Made by a program: the position numbers and the translations under genes
Assembly (NCBI RefSeq): GCF_006345805.1
Contig: NC_043011.1
Location: 16,814,464-16,878,463, forward strand
DNA from: Octopus sinensis
Lineage: Eukaryota
DNA length: 64,000 nucleotides
Reading direction: 5' to 3'
The notes under the pieces: generated by a model
Database searches by the model: none
What the model saw: the letters and a program-made list of their open reading frames with translations, nothing else
Told to the model about the DNA's origin: nothing
Shown: one piece after another, positions 10,204-23,905 of the stretch
Layout: the number at the start of each line of letters is the position of its first letter
How positions within the stretch are numbered: the first letter of the stretch is position 1

Positions 10204-13200
10204 ATGATCAAGATTGGTTGTGTAAATGCGCGTGGCTTGGGGTCCCCTTGGAAACAAGGGTACCTCTTAAATGACATAAAGTCACATAAGTTAGAAATCA
10301 TAGCCATAAGTGAGACCAGACTCCACAATCCGCTGGCCCTAAAGACCATGTTTGGCGGACAGTTCAACATTTATTTTCCCCCCTGTCTGCCGAGAATGGG
10401 CGGTAGTGGCACCGCGGTACTTTTTCACAAGAGTCTGGATCTCAAAGTAAGGACAATATTCGTAGACCCGGAGGGTAGACTGGTCGTCCTGGATGTCGAC
10501 GGCAGCAATGGGTGCGCTTTTCGACTCGTATCAGTCTACGCACCGCCCTTAACAGGTCAGGCGGATTTCTTTCAACGTCTAGAAGTATTCTTGGGAACGT
10601 CTCGTCCTTTACTCTTAGTGGGGGATTGGAATGCTACCTTGGACACGCATGTAGACTACGTGGGTAGAGATAGGAATAGACGGGGATGCAAATGCCTCAG
10701 AGACCTGCTCAGACGCTTTCAACTGTCTGACAGGTTCCGACTAGACCACCCGAATGCGCCAACGTGGACATGGAGCAACCGCATCGGGTCGTCGAGATCG
10801 TATCTAGATAGGATACTGTGTAGGACAGTAGACAGAGATAGCATAGGATGTCCACAATTCCACATAGTCAGCTACACGGATCACAAACTTGTGACATGTA
10901 CACTAGACTTAGGTAAGACACTTAGGCAGGGTCCCGGATACTGGAAACTAAACGCGTCTTTCCCATCGAGACAGGTTTTCAGAGACCGGATTAGCACACT
11001 AGTAAAGAGGGCTTTGACGGGAGCCATCATCAACAACAAATGGTGGTTTGCCCTCAAGAGAGCAGTAAAAGCAGAAGCGATTAGGTACAGCAAAGCACTA
11101 GCCATAGATAGAAATAGAGTAGAGGGTGAGCTAGTTAAGAAGCTAGAAGAGGCAATTAGAAGCGGCATCGCATCCGACGTTTTGGCGGCGAGGTTGGCCC
11201 TCGACCAACACTTCAACGCCAAACACGAAGGATGTGCTGTCAGAGCTAGGATGCCTTTCAGCAGCATTTTGCCCGACTGAACGGAACGAGTGGAGGGCAA
11301 GAACGTAGGGTGGACTTCAGTGCCTACCTACATAGCCTACCACGACTCTCGACAAGAAAGGCAGGGTGCTGCGAAGGTGCCATCACGGCGGCGGAAGTGC
11401 AGGAAGCGATGGCAGAATGCTCGAGGGACAAATCACCGGGTTTGGATGGTCTACCCTACGAGCTTTACAATTGTATGCCAGACTTGTTTGGAGATCTCTT
11501 GGCGGCGGTGTACTGCACCTGGCAGCAAAACGGGAGCATTCCTGGTTTTGTGAGCCGAGGAGCCGTAACACTGCTGAAGAAAGATCTAAACAAGGGAAAT
11601 GTAATAGATAACTTTAGCCCATCACTCTGCTTAATGCAGACTTGAAAATTTTGGCCAAGGTGCTAGCCAAGAGGTTGGCGCTTGTCATCGAGAAACTGGT
11701 CGACAAGGCGCAAACATGCGCCGTGCCAGGCCGGACCATCCATGACAACCTCCACCTGATGCGCTACATCATAGACAGGGTAGTTAACGAACCTGGCATG
11801 GGTGGGGCGCTGATCAATTTGGATCAATCGAAAGCTTTCGATAGGGTGGACCATCAATACTTGGAGGCGGTCCTCGGAGCGGCTGGCTTCGGTCCCGTCT
11901 TCCGCGGCTGGATAGCCGCTTTGTACAGAGGCATCCGTTCGGTAATTCGCGTGAATGGACATCTATCGAGACCCTTCGACATCGCACGTTCGGTCCGTCA
12001 GGGATGCCCCCTCTCGTCGCTTCTATACGTATTGACTCTCGAGCCATTATTGCGGAAGCTGGCAACCTGAGAGGCATCCCGCGAGAACTGGGATGCGGGA
12101 CGAGCGTGTCTGCATACGCGGACGACGTCACCGTCATAGTGTCTAGCCACGAGCACATCGAGCAGGTCGGCGAGACACTGAAAAACTACGAAGCGGTGAC
12201 AGGAGCGAAAATCAACCGGGAAACGTCAGTGGGCTTGCGACTAGGCACCTGGAGAAGCAAGCCCATGCCGTCCACCAGCGCCTCCGTCGTGGGACGCTGG
12301 ACCGACGGCCCGGTTGAGTTGATCGGGGTCTGGTTTGGTCCGGACCACCAAGTGGAGAAGAACTGGAACGAGATAACGAGTAGGGTGGTCACTCTCGCCC
12401 GGCAATGGGCCGAGAGGAAACTGTCCCTAAAAGGTCGGGCGGAGGTGGCGAACACGTACATCGCGTCCGTCATCTACTACCGCCTGACCGTCGTACCTTG
12501 TCCCGACCCTACCATCACCAAACTACAACGCATTCTCTTTCGCTTCTTGTGGAAAGGATGCGTCCCGATGGTCAGGCGATCCATTTGCTGTCAACACCCG
12601 TTAAAAGGAGGGCTAGGCATGCCGTGGTTGATGATGCGCAGACACGCGCTGAGACTGCGTCATCTCTGGCTCTATGTAGACAACGGTGAACAGGTGTGGT
12701 CGCCGTTTGTGAGGCACGCTTTCCCGCAGCTCGTCTCCATGACCGAACTGCAGTCGTGGATCAAAAAGAGGCCGAGGAAGGGCGATTGGCAACGCGAGTG
12801 TCGCGTTGCTCTCAAGCAACTCTGCCGTCCTGGGTCGACCTTGAGTGACTTCAACACAACCAAAGCATTCTATAGGGGTTTAGTGGAGGGGAGGGACGAC
12901 GACGAGCTCGGGGCGAACCTGGACGTCGACGAGGAGTACCTGACCCGCCTGTTCAGGACGGCTTTCGGGCCAGGGCCCATGGACAACTTCCAGAGATCCC
13001 TGGCCTGGCAGTGCTACCGAGAAGCGCTACCCGTTCGGGATAAGCTCTACAGACACGGCTCGAGAAATACGGGGCCGACCTGCCCGAGATGCGGTCAGAG
13101 CGACGAAACCGTTCTGCACGCACTCGTGCAGTGTCCAACAATTTCTGACCTGTGGGCTTATGTCGAACAACTGCTGTCACGTGTGGGACGAGTCGGTTTA

Positions 13201-13499
13201 TCAGCTGAGTCTATCGTCAATATTGTCACGCCTCCTTCCTTCAAACGGGAAGGAAGAGCTATTTTCATCATCCTTGTGGCTATGGCGAAAAAATGTATCT
13301 GGTGGACGCGTCTGAAAGGATTGGAGACAAACACTTTCCTCTCTGGTCAATCTCTCATCAACTTCTTCAAGTACCACTTGAAAAGGAAAGTGAGAGTAGA
13401 GAGGCAAGTTTTGTCTAGCGAATGTTTTAAAAAAGATGGGTGAAGGTAGCAAGAATGGCACGTATGAATGACGAAGTCACCTTGAGCATGACCCTATGA
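10204..13499 (+). pseudogene. E3 ORF2 (APE, RT, Zn finger) with a deletion of about 140 nt and several frameshifts
   Basis: Motifs GCVNARGL, ISETRL, GDWNA, YTDH, LDQSKAFDRV, QGCPLS, YADD, CPRCGQSDETVLHALVQC. Deletion near 11255 relative to E2 5836-5974. Confidence 0.93.
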
Positions 13500-13870
13500 A
13501 CCCAGAAATTGAAAACAGAGAGTTGCTTATTCGCAAAAAAAAAAAAAAAAGAAATATAACATGTGACTCCATTGACCGAGGTTACCGTGGTCTTTTCCGT
13601 AGGCTTTTCTTTCCACGGGTAAACCTCACCTGTCCTCCCCTTTACACTTCATGTTGACATTTCTGTGATAACGATCCCTATTGATCAATTTTTTTCCCTC
13701 TCCCCCTTTGTTTTTAACCACCCCTTTTTTTGTCCTCTTTCTCTCCTTTTACGATCCCTTTTGATCGAAACTCCCCCTTCCTTTTTTTTTTTTTTAAACC
13801 TTCAAAAGAAAAGCTCTACCTTGTAATTTGTTCTATCTGTGTGCAGCCCTGTGTGGCTAATAAAGAAAGA

Positions 13871-14085
<215 letters not shown>

Positions 14086-14445
14086 TGAGAAAGTTTGTAT
14101 GTGAAAGCACATGGTTGGATGTATAAAAAACAAAATGAATGAAAAAACTGCAAAAGACTTTATCATATCGTTAAAAAATACCTGATTACCTCCCCCTGCT
14201 TGAAAATCTTCTACATCACACCATAACAAAAAGATGACACAATATCAGTAAAGAGATTTGAGAAATTTGAAAAGAAAAGGCGAAATCGGTTATTTCTCCA
14301 AAACCAATGTCACTATGTACAAAATTTTATAACATTTTCCTAACATGACGATTTTGATATAGTTTTTAACCATAAAAGTCTGTAGTTTTTATCATTCTAT
14401 TTTGTTATATATATTTTGTTATATATATATGTGTGTGTGTGTGTA

Positions 14446-14919
14446 CAGGGTGTGATGTATAAATTGTCACCATTTTATACACAGTATGGTAGGGTCAATT
14501 GGGCACCGTCTGAGAGGAAAACAGCACCATGACACAATTCACTCTGCCAGCAAGTTGGAAACGACATGCTGTACTACTTGGTATTTGCACCAGAAGCTAC
14601 AACACAAACATTTCAGAGTGTTTGGGTGTCAGTCTGAGGACAGTGCATTCTGAGGACATGTACTGAAAGTGATAAAAATCAAACATCCAGTCAACATCAC
14701 GGAGTTTGGAATGATCACTACTGATGGCGATGTTATTCCTCCATTCATCTTCCACGCGGCCTCAGTCTCAACGCAGATGCCTACATCAAGTGCCTGGAGG
14801 AGGTAGTGCTGCCCTGGTTCAAGAGCGTGACTGCTGGAAGACCCTATGTCTGGCAACAGGACTCTGCATCATATCACACAAGCAAGAGAATCCAATCAAT
14901 GCTGTCAGACAATTTCTGC
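14446..14919 (+). mobile_element. Tc1/mariner superfamily (maT/DD37D-like) transposon remnant, internally deleted
   Basis: TA followed by TIR-like cagggtgtgatg. Translation gives KHPVNI, DGDVIPPFIF and YIKCLEEVVLPWFKSVTAGRPYVWQQDSASYHTSKR. Confidence 0.8.
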
Positions 14920-15548
14920 AAACACACATGCACACACACACACACATTCATATTCCTTTTTATATACACATACATATACTCATGCAGAGTTGAAATGCTG
15001 ACTTTTTTTATTCACCATAGAACTTCCATCATCCCACTACCAAATTTGCCATCACCCCTCCCTTCCATATTCATTTATCACCCCTTCCTATCTCATTCAT
15101 ATGTTGTGATGGAGAAATACATAAGAGTATTATTATAGTAGAAGATATGGGTGTAAATCAAATTAATACACTTGCCAAAGTTCACATACATTCACTTACT
15201 TCCCTTCTACATGCACACACATACACACATATTACTCAGAGTTGAAATGCTGTTTGATTTTTCTTTTCAGCATTGAACATTCACCATTCCACTTCCATTG
15301 CATACACACACACATACACACACACAAACATTCACATACCTCCCTTTTACACACAGACACTCACACAGATTTGAAACGCTGATTTTTTTCACCCCTTCCT
15401 TCATTAGGCATCATTTGACTCTTCCTTTTTCATTCGTATGTTGTGATGGAGAAAAACAGAAGATACATGACGCACTCTCTGCCGTTTCCTTTCTCTCATT
15501 GCTATTATATTCTCTCACTCCCTCTCAGTATATTTACATATACATATA

Positions 15549-17855
15549 AGTGACTTTAGGATCAGGACTAAGAGGGCGACTAGAAGACGACCAACATGGA
15601 GAAGAAGGGTCTGGAAGCTTAAAGACCCTGCGAATGGACAGAGATTTAGAGATATGTTATTTGAAGCTTTAGACGAAATGGAAGGGAGTATAGCTACGCA
15701 TGGGGTAGAAGACAACTGGACGCTTCTGAGGGACAACCTGCTGAAAGCCGCTGACCAGATCTGTGGCTGGTGCAAAGTCCCCTTAAGACCCAAATAACGT
15801 GGTGGTGGAACAATATTGTTGACAGGGCTATTAGACAAAAGAAACAGGCTTGGAAGGCCTGGAAGAACGGTGGTAGCAGGGAAGTGTATCAGTCTGCCAG
15901 AAGGGAAGCCAGGAGACAGGTCTATCTAGCCAGAGGGGAAGCAGAGAAGGAAAAATTTGCCAATGTCCTGCGTCGTGAGGATGAAAGACTTGAGGTATTT
16001 CGTGTTGCAAGACAGTGTGTGAGAGAGAATCGTGACGTGGTAGGAGAGAAATGTGTTCGCAAGGAGGACGGTTCACTTGCACTTAATGAGGGTGCAAAGA
16101 GAGAGACTTGGAGACGCCACTATGATAGGTTGCTGAATGAAGAAAATGAATGGGATAAAGAGAGTCTGCCGAATGTCGACCCAACAGAGGGACCAGCAAT
16201 CCGAGTTAACAGTTCCTTAGTAGATAAGGCAATTAGAAGCATGAAAACAGGGAAAGCCCCAGGCCCATCAGGAATTACTGCAGAGATGCTCAAAATATCT
16301 GGTGGTGTCGGCTATAGCTTAGTCACCCGTATAGTTAACCAGGTGATACACGAGGGGGTCATACCCAATGACTGGTGTAGCAGCATAATAGTCAACTGCT
16401 ACAAAGGTAAAGGCGACGCCCTAGAGACAAATAACTACAGGGGCATCAAGCTGCTGGATCAGGTAATGAAGGTTACGGAGAGGGTTGTAGCCCAACTAAT
16501 TAGAGAGAGAGTTACCTTAGATGATATGCAGTTTGGGTTCGTGCCAGGGAAAAGTACTACTGATGCTATATTCCTGGTAAGACAGCTGCAGGAGAAATAC
16601 CTAGCCAAAGATAAGCCCTTGTACCTGGCTTTTGTTGACTTGGAGAAAGCCTTTGACAGGGTCCCCCGGTCCCTTATCTGGTGGTCAATGAGGAAACTAG
16701 GGATAGAAGAATGGTTGGTGAGAGCTGTGCAAGCCATGTACAGAGACGCTGCTAGTAAGGTGAGGGTGGGCAACGAGTACAGTGAAGAATTCCGGGTAGA
16801 GGTTGGGGTCCACCAAGGTTCAGTCCTCAGTCCCCTCCTATTTATCATAGTCCTCCAGGCAATAACGGAGGAATTCAAGACAGGTTGCCCCTGGGAGCTC
16901 CTCTATGCTGATGACCTTGCTCTAATTGCTGAGTCACTATCAGAACTGGAGGAGAAGTTCCAGGTGTGGAAACAAGGATTAGAATCGAAGGGCCTTAGAA
17001 TCAACCTAGCCAAAACCAAAGTTCTAATAAGTAGGAAGGTAGATCAATCACAAACGCCTTCAGGTAGATGGCCCTGCTCGATCTGTAAAAAAGGTGTAGG
17101 TAGAAACTCTATAAGATGCACCAAGTGTAAGCTATGGACACATAAGGTGCAGCAATGTCAAAGGAAGGCTAACTAGGAAAATAGTTTTTGTCTGTGGCAA
17201 ATGCTCAGGAGCAATAAACACTGGAAATATGCAGAGACCAACTTCTGCCACGTTCCAGGGAGACAAACTAGAAGTAGTTGATAGCTTCCGCTACCTAGGA
17301 GACCAAGTCAGTAGCGGGGGTGGGTGTGCTGAAAGTGTAACTGCTAGAGTAAGAATAGCCTGGGCAAAGTTTAGAGAGCTCTTACCCCTGCTGGTGACAA
17401 AAGGCCTCTCGCTCAGAGTAAAAGGCAGACTGTATGATGCATGTGTACGTACAGCCATGCTACATGGTAGTGAAACATGGGCCGTGACTGCTGAGGATAT
17501 GCGTAAGCTCGCAAGAAATGAAGCCAGTATGCTCCGATGGATGTGTAATGTCAGTGTTCATAATCGTCAGAGTGTAAGTTCCTTGAGAGAAAAGCTGAAC
17601 CTAAGAAGCGTCAGTTGTGGCGTGCAAGAGAGACGGCTGCGCTGGTATGGTCATGTGACAAGAAAGGCTGAAGATAGTTGTGTGCAAAAGTGCTACACCC
17701 TAGCAGTGGAGGGAACCTGTGGAAGAGGTAGACCCAGGAAAACCTGGGACGAGGTGGTGAAGCACGACCTTCGAACTTTAGGTCTCACTAAGGAAATGTC
17801 TAGAGACCGAGACCTATGGAAGTATGCTGTGCATGAGAAGACCCGGCAAGACTAG
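15549..17855 (+). pseudogene. RTE ORF (reverse transcriptase), frameshifted near 15785 and 17150
   Basis: Motifs GKAPGPSGI, NNYRGIKLL, FVDLEKAFDRV, VHQGSVLSPLLF, LYADDL, RYLG, RWYGHV, GRPRKTW. Confidence 0.92.
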
Positions 17856-19375
17856 TCAGGCCATAACCCGTGGCCCCGACCTGGGACGTAGTCAGTCCTG
17901 TGCATACCTTCCTTCTTGTGACACTTATGAAGACCTGTTGAGGCAAGTGAAAATCAAATCAAATCAAAACAAATCAAAATAGATGAACATCAGTGGAATT
18001 GTATTCTTTGTGGTACCAGTGCCGGTGGCACACAAGAAAACCACCCAAACGTGGCCGTAACCAGTACCGCATCGACTGGCCTCCGTGCTGTGGGCACAAC
18101 AAACACCATCCGATCGTGGCCGTTCGCCAGCCTCATCTGGCACCTGTGCCGGTGGCACATAAAGACACCATCCGAAGACCCGGCGACGTAGTCAGTCCAC
18201 CTGTGCATACCTTCCCTCTTATGACACTTGTGAAGACCTGTTGAGGCAAGTGTGTGACACTTGTGAAGACCTGTTGAGGCAAGTGAAAATCAAACCAAAT
18301 CAAAATAGATGAATATCAATGGAATTTGTATCTTTGTGGTTCCAGTACCGGTGGCACACAAGAAAACCATCCGAAGTGGCCGTAGCTGGTACCGCATTGA
18401 CTGGCCTCCGTGCTGTGGGCACAACAAACACCATCTGATCGTGGCCGTTCGCCAGCCTCACCTGGCACCTGTGTCGGTGGCACATAAAAACACCATCCAA
18501 AGACCCGGCGACGTAGTCAGTCCACCTGTGCATACCTTCCCTCTTATGACACTTGTGAAGACCTGTTGAGGCAGAGGCAAGTGTGTGACACTTTGTGAAG
18601 ACCTGTTGAGGCAGAGGCAAGTGTGTGACACTTGTGGAGACCTGTTGAGGCAAGTGTGTGACACGCGTGACACTTGTGAAGACCTGTTGAGGCAAGTGAA
18701 AATCAAACCAAATCAAAATAGATGAACATCAATGGAATTTGTATCTTTGTGGTTCCAGTACCGGTGGCACACAAGAAAACCATCCGATCGTGGCCGTTCG
18801 CCAGCCACATCTGGCACCTGTGTCGGTGGCACATAAAGACACCATCCGAAGACCCGGCGACGTAGACAGTCCACCTGTGCATACCTTCCTTCTTGTGACA
18901 CTTGTGAAGACCTGTTGAGGCAAGTGACACTTGTGAAGACCTGTTGAGGCAAGTGAAAATCAAATCAAATCAAAACAAATCAAAATAGATGAACATAAAT
19001 GGAATTTGTATCTTTGTGGTACCAGTGCCGGTGGCACACAAGAAAATCATCCGAACGTGGCCGTAGCCAGTACCGCATAGACTGGCCTCCGTGCTTTGGG
19101 GACGTAACAAACACCATCCGATCGTGGCCGTCCGCCAGCCTCATCTGGCACCTGTGTCGGTGGCACATAAAAACACCATCCGAGCGTGGCCGTCTGCCAG
19201 CCTCGTCTGGCACCTGCCAGCCTCATCTGGCACCTGTGTCGGTGGCACATAAAAACACCATCCGAGCGTGGCCGTCTGCCAGCCTCGTCTGGCACCTGTG
19301 TCGGCACATAAAAACACCATCCGAGCGTGGCCGTTCGCCAGCCTCGTCTGGCACCTGTGTCGGTGGCACATAAAA
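17837..19375 (+). repeat. Hierarchical tandem repeat in the RTE 3' UTR: four units of about 325-350 bp with shorter subrepeats
   Basis: Units restart at gaagacccggc near 17837, 18174, 18499 and 18848. Subrepeats: about 30 bp gacacttgtgaagacctgttgaggcaagtg and about 58 bp ggcacataaaaacaccatccga...ctggcacctgtg. Confidence 0.92.
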
Positions 19376-19551
19376 TCACCCACTACACTCTCGGAGTGGT
19401 TGGCGTTAGGAAGGGCATCCAGCTGTAGAAACACTGCCAGATCTGACTGGCCTGGTGCAGCCTTCGGGCTCCCCAGACCCCAGTTGAACCGTCCAACCCA
19501 TGCTAGCATGGAAAACGGACGCTAAATGATGATGATGATGATGATGATGAT

Positions 19552-19985
19552 ATACAACAGGCTTCTTTCAGTTTCTGTCTACCAAATCCACTCGCAAGGC
19601 TTTGGTCGGCTTAAGGCTATAGTAGAAGACACTTTCCCAAGGTGCCATATATAAAAAAACACCCACTACACTCACGGAGTCGTTGATGTTAGGAAGGGCA
19701 TCCAACTGTAGAAACACTGCCAGATCAGACTGGAGCCTGCTGCAGCCTCCATGGCTTATCAGACCCCGGTCGAACCGTCCAACCCATGCTAGCATGGAAA
19801 ACGGACGTTAAATGATGATGATGATGATGATGATATATATATATATACATATACAACAGGCTTCTTTCAGTTTCTGTCTACCAAATCCACTCACAAGGCT
19901 TGCCCATGGTGCTTCGCAATGAGATTGAACCTACAACCATGTGGTTGGGAAGCAAGCTTCTTACCACACACCCACTCCTGCGCAT
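19552..19985. mobile_element. Nested cluster: CORE-like SINE fragments (-) and a second RTE-tail fragment (+, 19655-19835)
   Basis: tacaacaggcttctttcagtttctgtctaccaaatccactc occurs twice; the RTE tail ends in (gat)n. Confidence 0.75.
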
Positions 19986-20391
19986 ATATACAATTTACAA
20001 TGCAATGTGTGCTTATCAATATTGATTTCTTTTGTATGCACAACATAAATTATAAGGCAGCGTCTGAATACAGGAATAAAACCTAGAGAATCGACCTGCT
20101 CATAAAGACATTATCTTTAATCAATGACACCTATTGATAAGGTTTATAAACTGGAATTGTTCTCAGTTAAGTATAAGCTGTCATACATCTGCTCAAATCT
20201 GGCTGCATGGGTTCGTATGACAGAAACAGCTGTAAGCTAATAAAAGTATCATTACAGCTCCTGTTCTTTTTCCATTCATATATGAATTAATAATACACTC
20301 TATACTGACTTGCTTCTTCATATAAGTGCCTAGAGTGGAAAACATCACACAAATCACATCTTCCCCACTTAATAATGTGGAATATATGTTT

Positions 20392-20614
20392 CCTTATTAC
20401 CCTCAAGGGGCTAAACATAGAGGGGACAAACAAGGACAGACAAACGAATTAAGTCGATTACATCGACCCCAGTGCGCAACTGGTACTTAATTTATCGACC
20501 CTGAAAGGATGAAGGGCAAAGTCGACCTCAGCGGAATTTGTACTCAGAACGTAACGGCAGATGAAATACGGCGACGCATTTCGCCCGGCATGCTAACGGT
20601 TCTGCCAGCTCGCC
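20392..20614 (-). mobile_element. tRNA-derived SINE with Meta-domain-like core (family A)
   Basis: Minus strand reads ggcgagctggcagaaccgttagc...gtcgactttgcccttcatcctttcagggtcgataaattaagtaccag; many sister copies in the window. Confidence 0.82.
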
Positions 20615-20986
20615 AAGTATACTAATTCCTAAAATCTGACTATTGGTATTGCCATGACACTGCATAATCAAAACACACACATCCATCCATCAATCAATCC
20701 TTCCTTCCTTCTCTTCCTTATTTTCTTTGTATGTGTTCATCAAAGTATAATGAGAAAATCATTTCCAAAGTAGCTACAGGAGATCTCAATGAAACAAACA
20801 ATTTTGTTATATACAAGAGTAAAAAGAAAATATTTCAGAGCATAGATATAAATCAATATAAATTGCAATACCCCTAGGAAACAGAAAAGTGCTCCTGTAA
20901 CCAAACTGGCCCTGCAAGCAGCCCGGCCAGATGTGTTGTAGATCATAAATGAATAACATAATCAGGAGTTTATTCAAATGAAGTCT

Positions 20987-22500
20987 ACTAGCAACAGTCA
21001 AGCACCAAGATATTTAATTTTACTGAACAACCTATCAACATTCAGGTGTATATATCCCACAAGACTACAATGGTAAGTTAGGGGAAAAAATCAATATTTG
21101 GAGGTGTGAAAATAATTATTTCGTCAAAATGCATTAAGAAAATGAATTCTGAAGTAAATAGACACAAAAGTGCTCAATACGCCTATTGTTATTTGTATAT
21201 ACCGGGTGGGCCAAAAGTTATGCACCAAAACATTTGACATTTTATTTTTATTGTTATTATTATTCCTTTTGTTTATCATGTGTAAGTATGTGTGTATGCA
21301 TCGTTGTTTTTATTTACTCTATGCGATTTTAGAAAAATTGAAGTGTGTCTTTGAACGATTCTGGAGAGTATTAAACTTATTTTGTGTCTGAATTTTGGCC
21401 CACCTTCTATATTTGTATATGTTAGTTTCATATCTATATTTGCATGTGTGCATATGTGTGTGTGTATATGCGGGCCCAGGAACAGGGGTGCAGTGGGTGC
21501 ACTTGCACTCCCCTAAAATTTTGTCGGGGTTACAAAATTCAATATTGCACCCCTACTTACCTTTCCCAGACTTTAAAAAAAGTGTTGAAAAATTGGTCAG
21601 TAAAAAGTTGCTTGAAGTTAGGTTTCTTCACAAAGTAAGAAGAACAAAAATAAATAGAGAAACCCCACCAAAATCCCTAGAAAGATATGTCACTGAACAA
21701 AAGCAGCCTCAACATTAAAATTATATGTATGTATAGGTGTATGTATATATATATAAATGCATCAACTAGCAACAGTCAAGCACCAAAATATTTAAATTTA
21801 CTGAACAACCTATCTATATTCAGGGGTATATATCCCACAAGACTACAATATTTGGAGGTGTGAAAATAATTATTTCGTCAAAATGCAATAAGAAAATGAA
21901 TTCTGAAGTCGATAGACACAAAAGTGCCTAATACACCTATTGTTATCTGTATATACAGGTCGGGCCAAATGTTACGCACCAAAACATTTTACATTTTAGT
22001 TTTATTGTTATTATTATTCTGTTTGTTTATCATGTGTAAGTATGTGTGTATGCATCGTTGTTTTTATTTACTCTGTGCGATTTTAGAAAAATTGAAGTGT
22101 GTCTTTGAACGATTCTGGAGAGTATTAAACTTATTTTGTGTCTGAATTTTGGCCCACCTTCTATATTTGTACATGTAAGTTTCATATCTATATTTGCATG
22201 TGTGCATATGTGTGTGTATACGAGGGCCCAGGAACAGAGGGTGCAGTGGGTGCACTTGCACTCCCATAAAATTTTGTCGGGGTTACAAAATTCAATATTG
22301 CACCTCTACTTACCTTTCCCATACTTAAAAAAAGTGTTGAAAAATTGGTCAGTAAAAAGTTGCTTGAAGTTAGGTTTTTTCACAAAGTAAGAAGAACAAA
22401 AAGAAATAAAGAAACCCCACCAAAAAGATATGTCACTGAACAGAAGCAGCCTCAGCACTAAAATTATATGTATGTATATAGTTGTATGTATATATATATA
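20987..22500 (+). repeat. Direct tandem duplication, period about 778 bp
   Basis: actagcaacagtcaagcacc at 20987 and 21765; colinear with few substitutions and small indels; each copy ends in (TA)n. Confidence 0.92.
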
Positions 22501-22681
22501 TATATATATATACATATATATATAATCAAAATAAGCAACAAAGATATCCAAGGTAGTGTAGTACAAGTGTTTCATGCTACTTCATTTTATCAAACACTGT
22601 AAGTATTACATCAGTTTTAAAATGTTGAGCAATCTTCAGCCACATATAGAATTTTTCAGTTGAACTGACAATGCACATTCT

Positions 22682-22713
<32 letters not shown>

Positions 22714-22839
22714 TATATACACACACAGAGACATGACAGAAGTAAATAGAACTGTTTTAGGTTTATATTAACTTGAAAAGGTTTATATTTTTTATTAATT
22801 GACATATTTTACTGTTTAATCATGCCACATACAAAAGAA

Positions 22840-23290
22840 ACATTGGAACTGCCAAAATTTCAAAGAAGCTGTCATGTGGGTCAATTTGAAGGTGGGCTTT
22901 GAGTAAAATCACAGAAAACCTTGGGATCCTGCTTTCTACAGTTAATAAAGTGATTGTGCAATTTACCAGAGAGGGGAAGGAGTCCACATCACCTCACTCA
23001 CGTCGACCATTTCGAAAACAGCTGTCAAGTATCTCCACAAACTTGGCTACTATGGCAGACCAGCAAGAAGGAAGCTACTACTTCAACCAGCCAATACCAA
23101 GAGGAGAAAAGATTGGGCCAGTGAGATGATGGAGAGGCCACTAGCATTTTGGGACACTGTCATATTCTTTGATGAGTCCAGATTTGTTGTATTTTCTGAC
23201 AATGGTTGAATGTGGGTCTGAAGACACTGTGATCGAGAATTTGATGTGAAAATATTGCAGCCAACGAAACATGGCAGCTATTTGTTTGTT
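22840..23290 (+). mobile_element. Tc1-like transposase remnant
   Basis: HTH-like [18 protein letters not shown] and a first catalytic-Asp region FWDTVIFFDESRF. Confidence 0.72.
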
Positions 23291-23689
23291 TTCTACACCA
23301 CCTGTCTTCATCTTTTGTTTTTTTTCATGAATTCTCCCTATATATATATATACATATATGTATGTACATATATGTATGTACAAGGCATGAAGCAAGGGAA
23401 CGGAATTACATAATCAACTTCATTATAGGAATGCATGAAGGGATGCAATGCACAAGCACTCAACTCTGAGTGCACTGCCGAAACAACTGTAAGCTAATGT
23501 AAGTATATTTTGAAATTCTTATTGCCTGGTCATATATTTAATTTCATAATACTCTCTGTACTCTACTAACACTTTTTCTGAATATGTATATTGTGTTCTA
23601 ACACTAGGTTATTAGAATCCTTATGCATAAGTGAAATCTTAATATATTGTATATATGTGTGTATATATGTGTACATAGACAAATACAGG

Positions 23690-23905
23690 TATATCAATAA
23701 CTATGGGATTGCACCTAGACAGTTCCCCTCCGATGCACAATTCCAAGCAAGATTGTTTGTGGAAGACCAGCAGTTGCTCATGCTCATTTCTGCAGCTGAG
23801 TGAACTGGAGTAACATGAAATAAAGTTTCTTGCTCAAGAACATAACACAGAGCCTGGTCTGAAAATGGAACTCACTTCATTATGATTGTGATCCCAATGC
23901 AAATA
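23690..23905 (-). mobile_element. CORE-like SINE (family E), degenerate
   Basis: Minus strand gtgttcttgagcaagaaactttatttcatgttactccagttcactcagctg matches the copy at 41465. Confidence 0.7.

Larger units (their letters stand above)
8191..13870 (+). mobile_element. Tx1/L1-clade retrotransposon copy E3, near full length, disrupted
   Basis: ORF1, ORF2 and 3' UTR all present; ends ctgtgtggctAATAAAgaaaga|tatctatc. Confidence 0.93.
15549..19551 (+). mobile_element. RTE-clade LINE, 5'-truncated (no EN), with tandemly expanded 3' UTR and (GAT)n tail
   Basis: RT ORF followed by a 3' UTR ending ggaaaacggacgctaaat(gat)n. The same ORF-end/UTR/tail architecture occurs inverted at 56370-56990. Confidence 0.88.

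Noticed and set aside
17920-17950. tgaaga-cct-gttg-agg as a hammerhead core in the RTE UTR
   Set aside because: Lacks the C of CUGA and the GAAA; treated as a plain hairpin.
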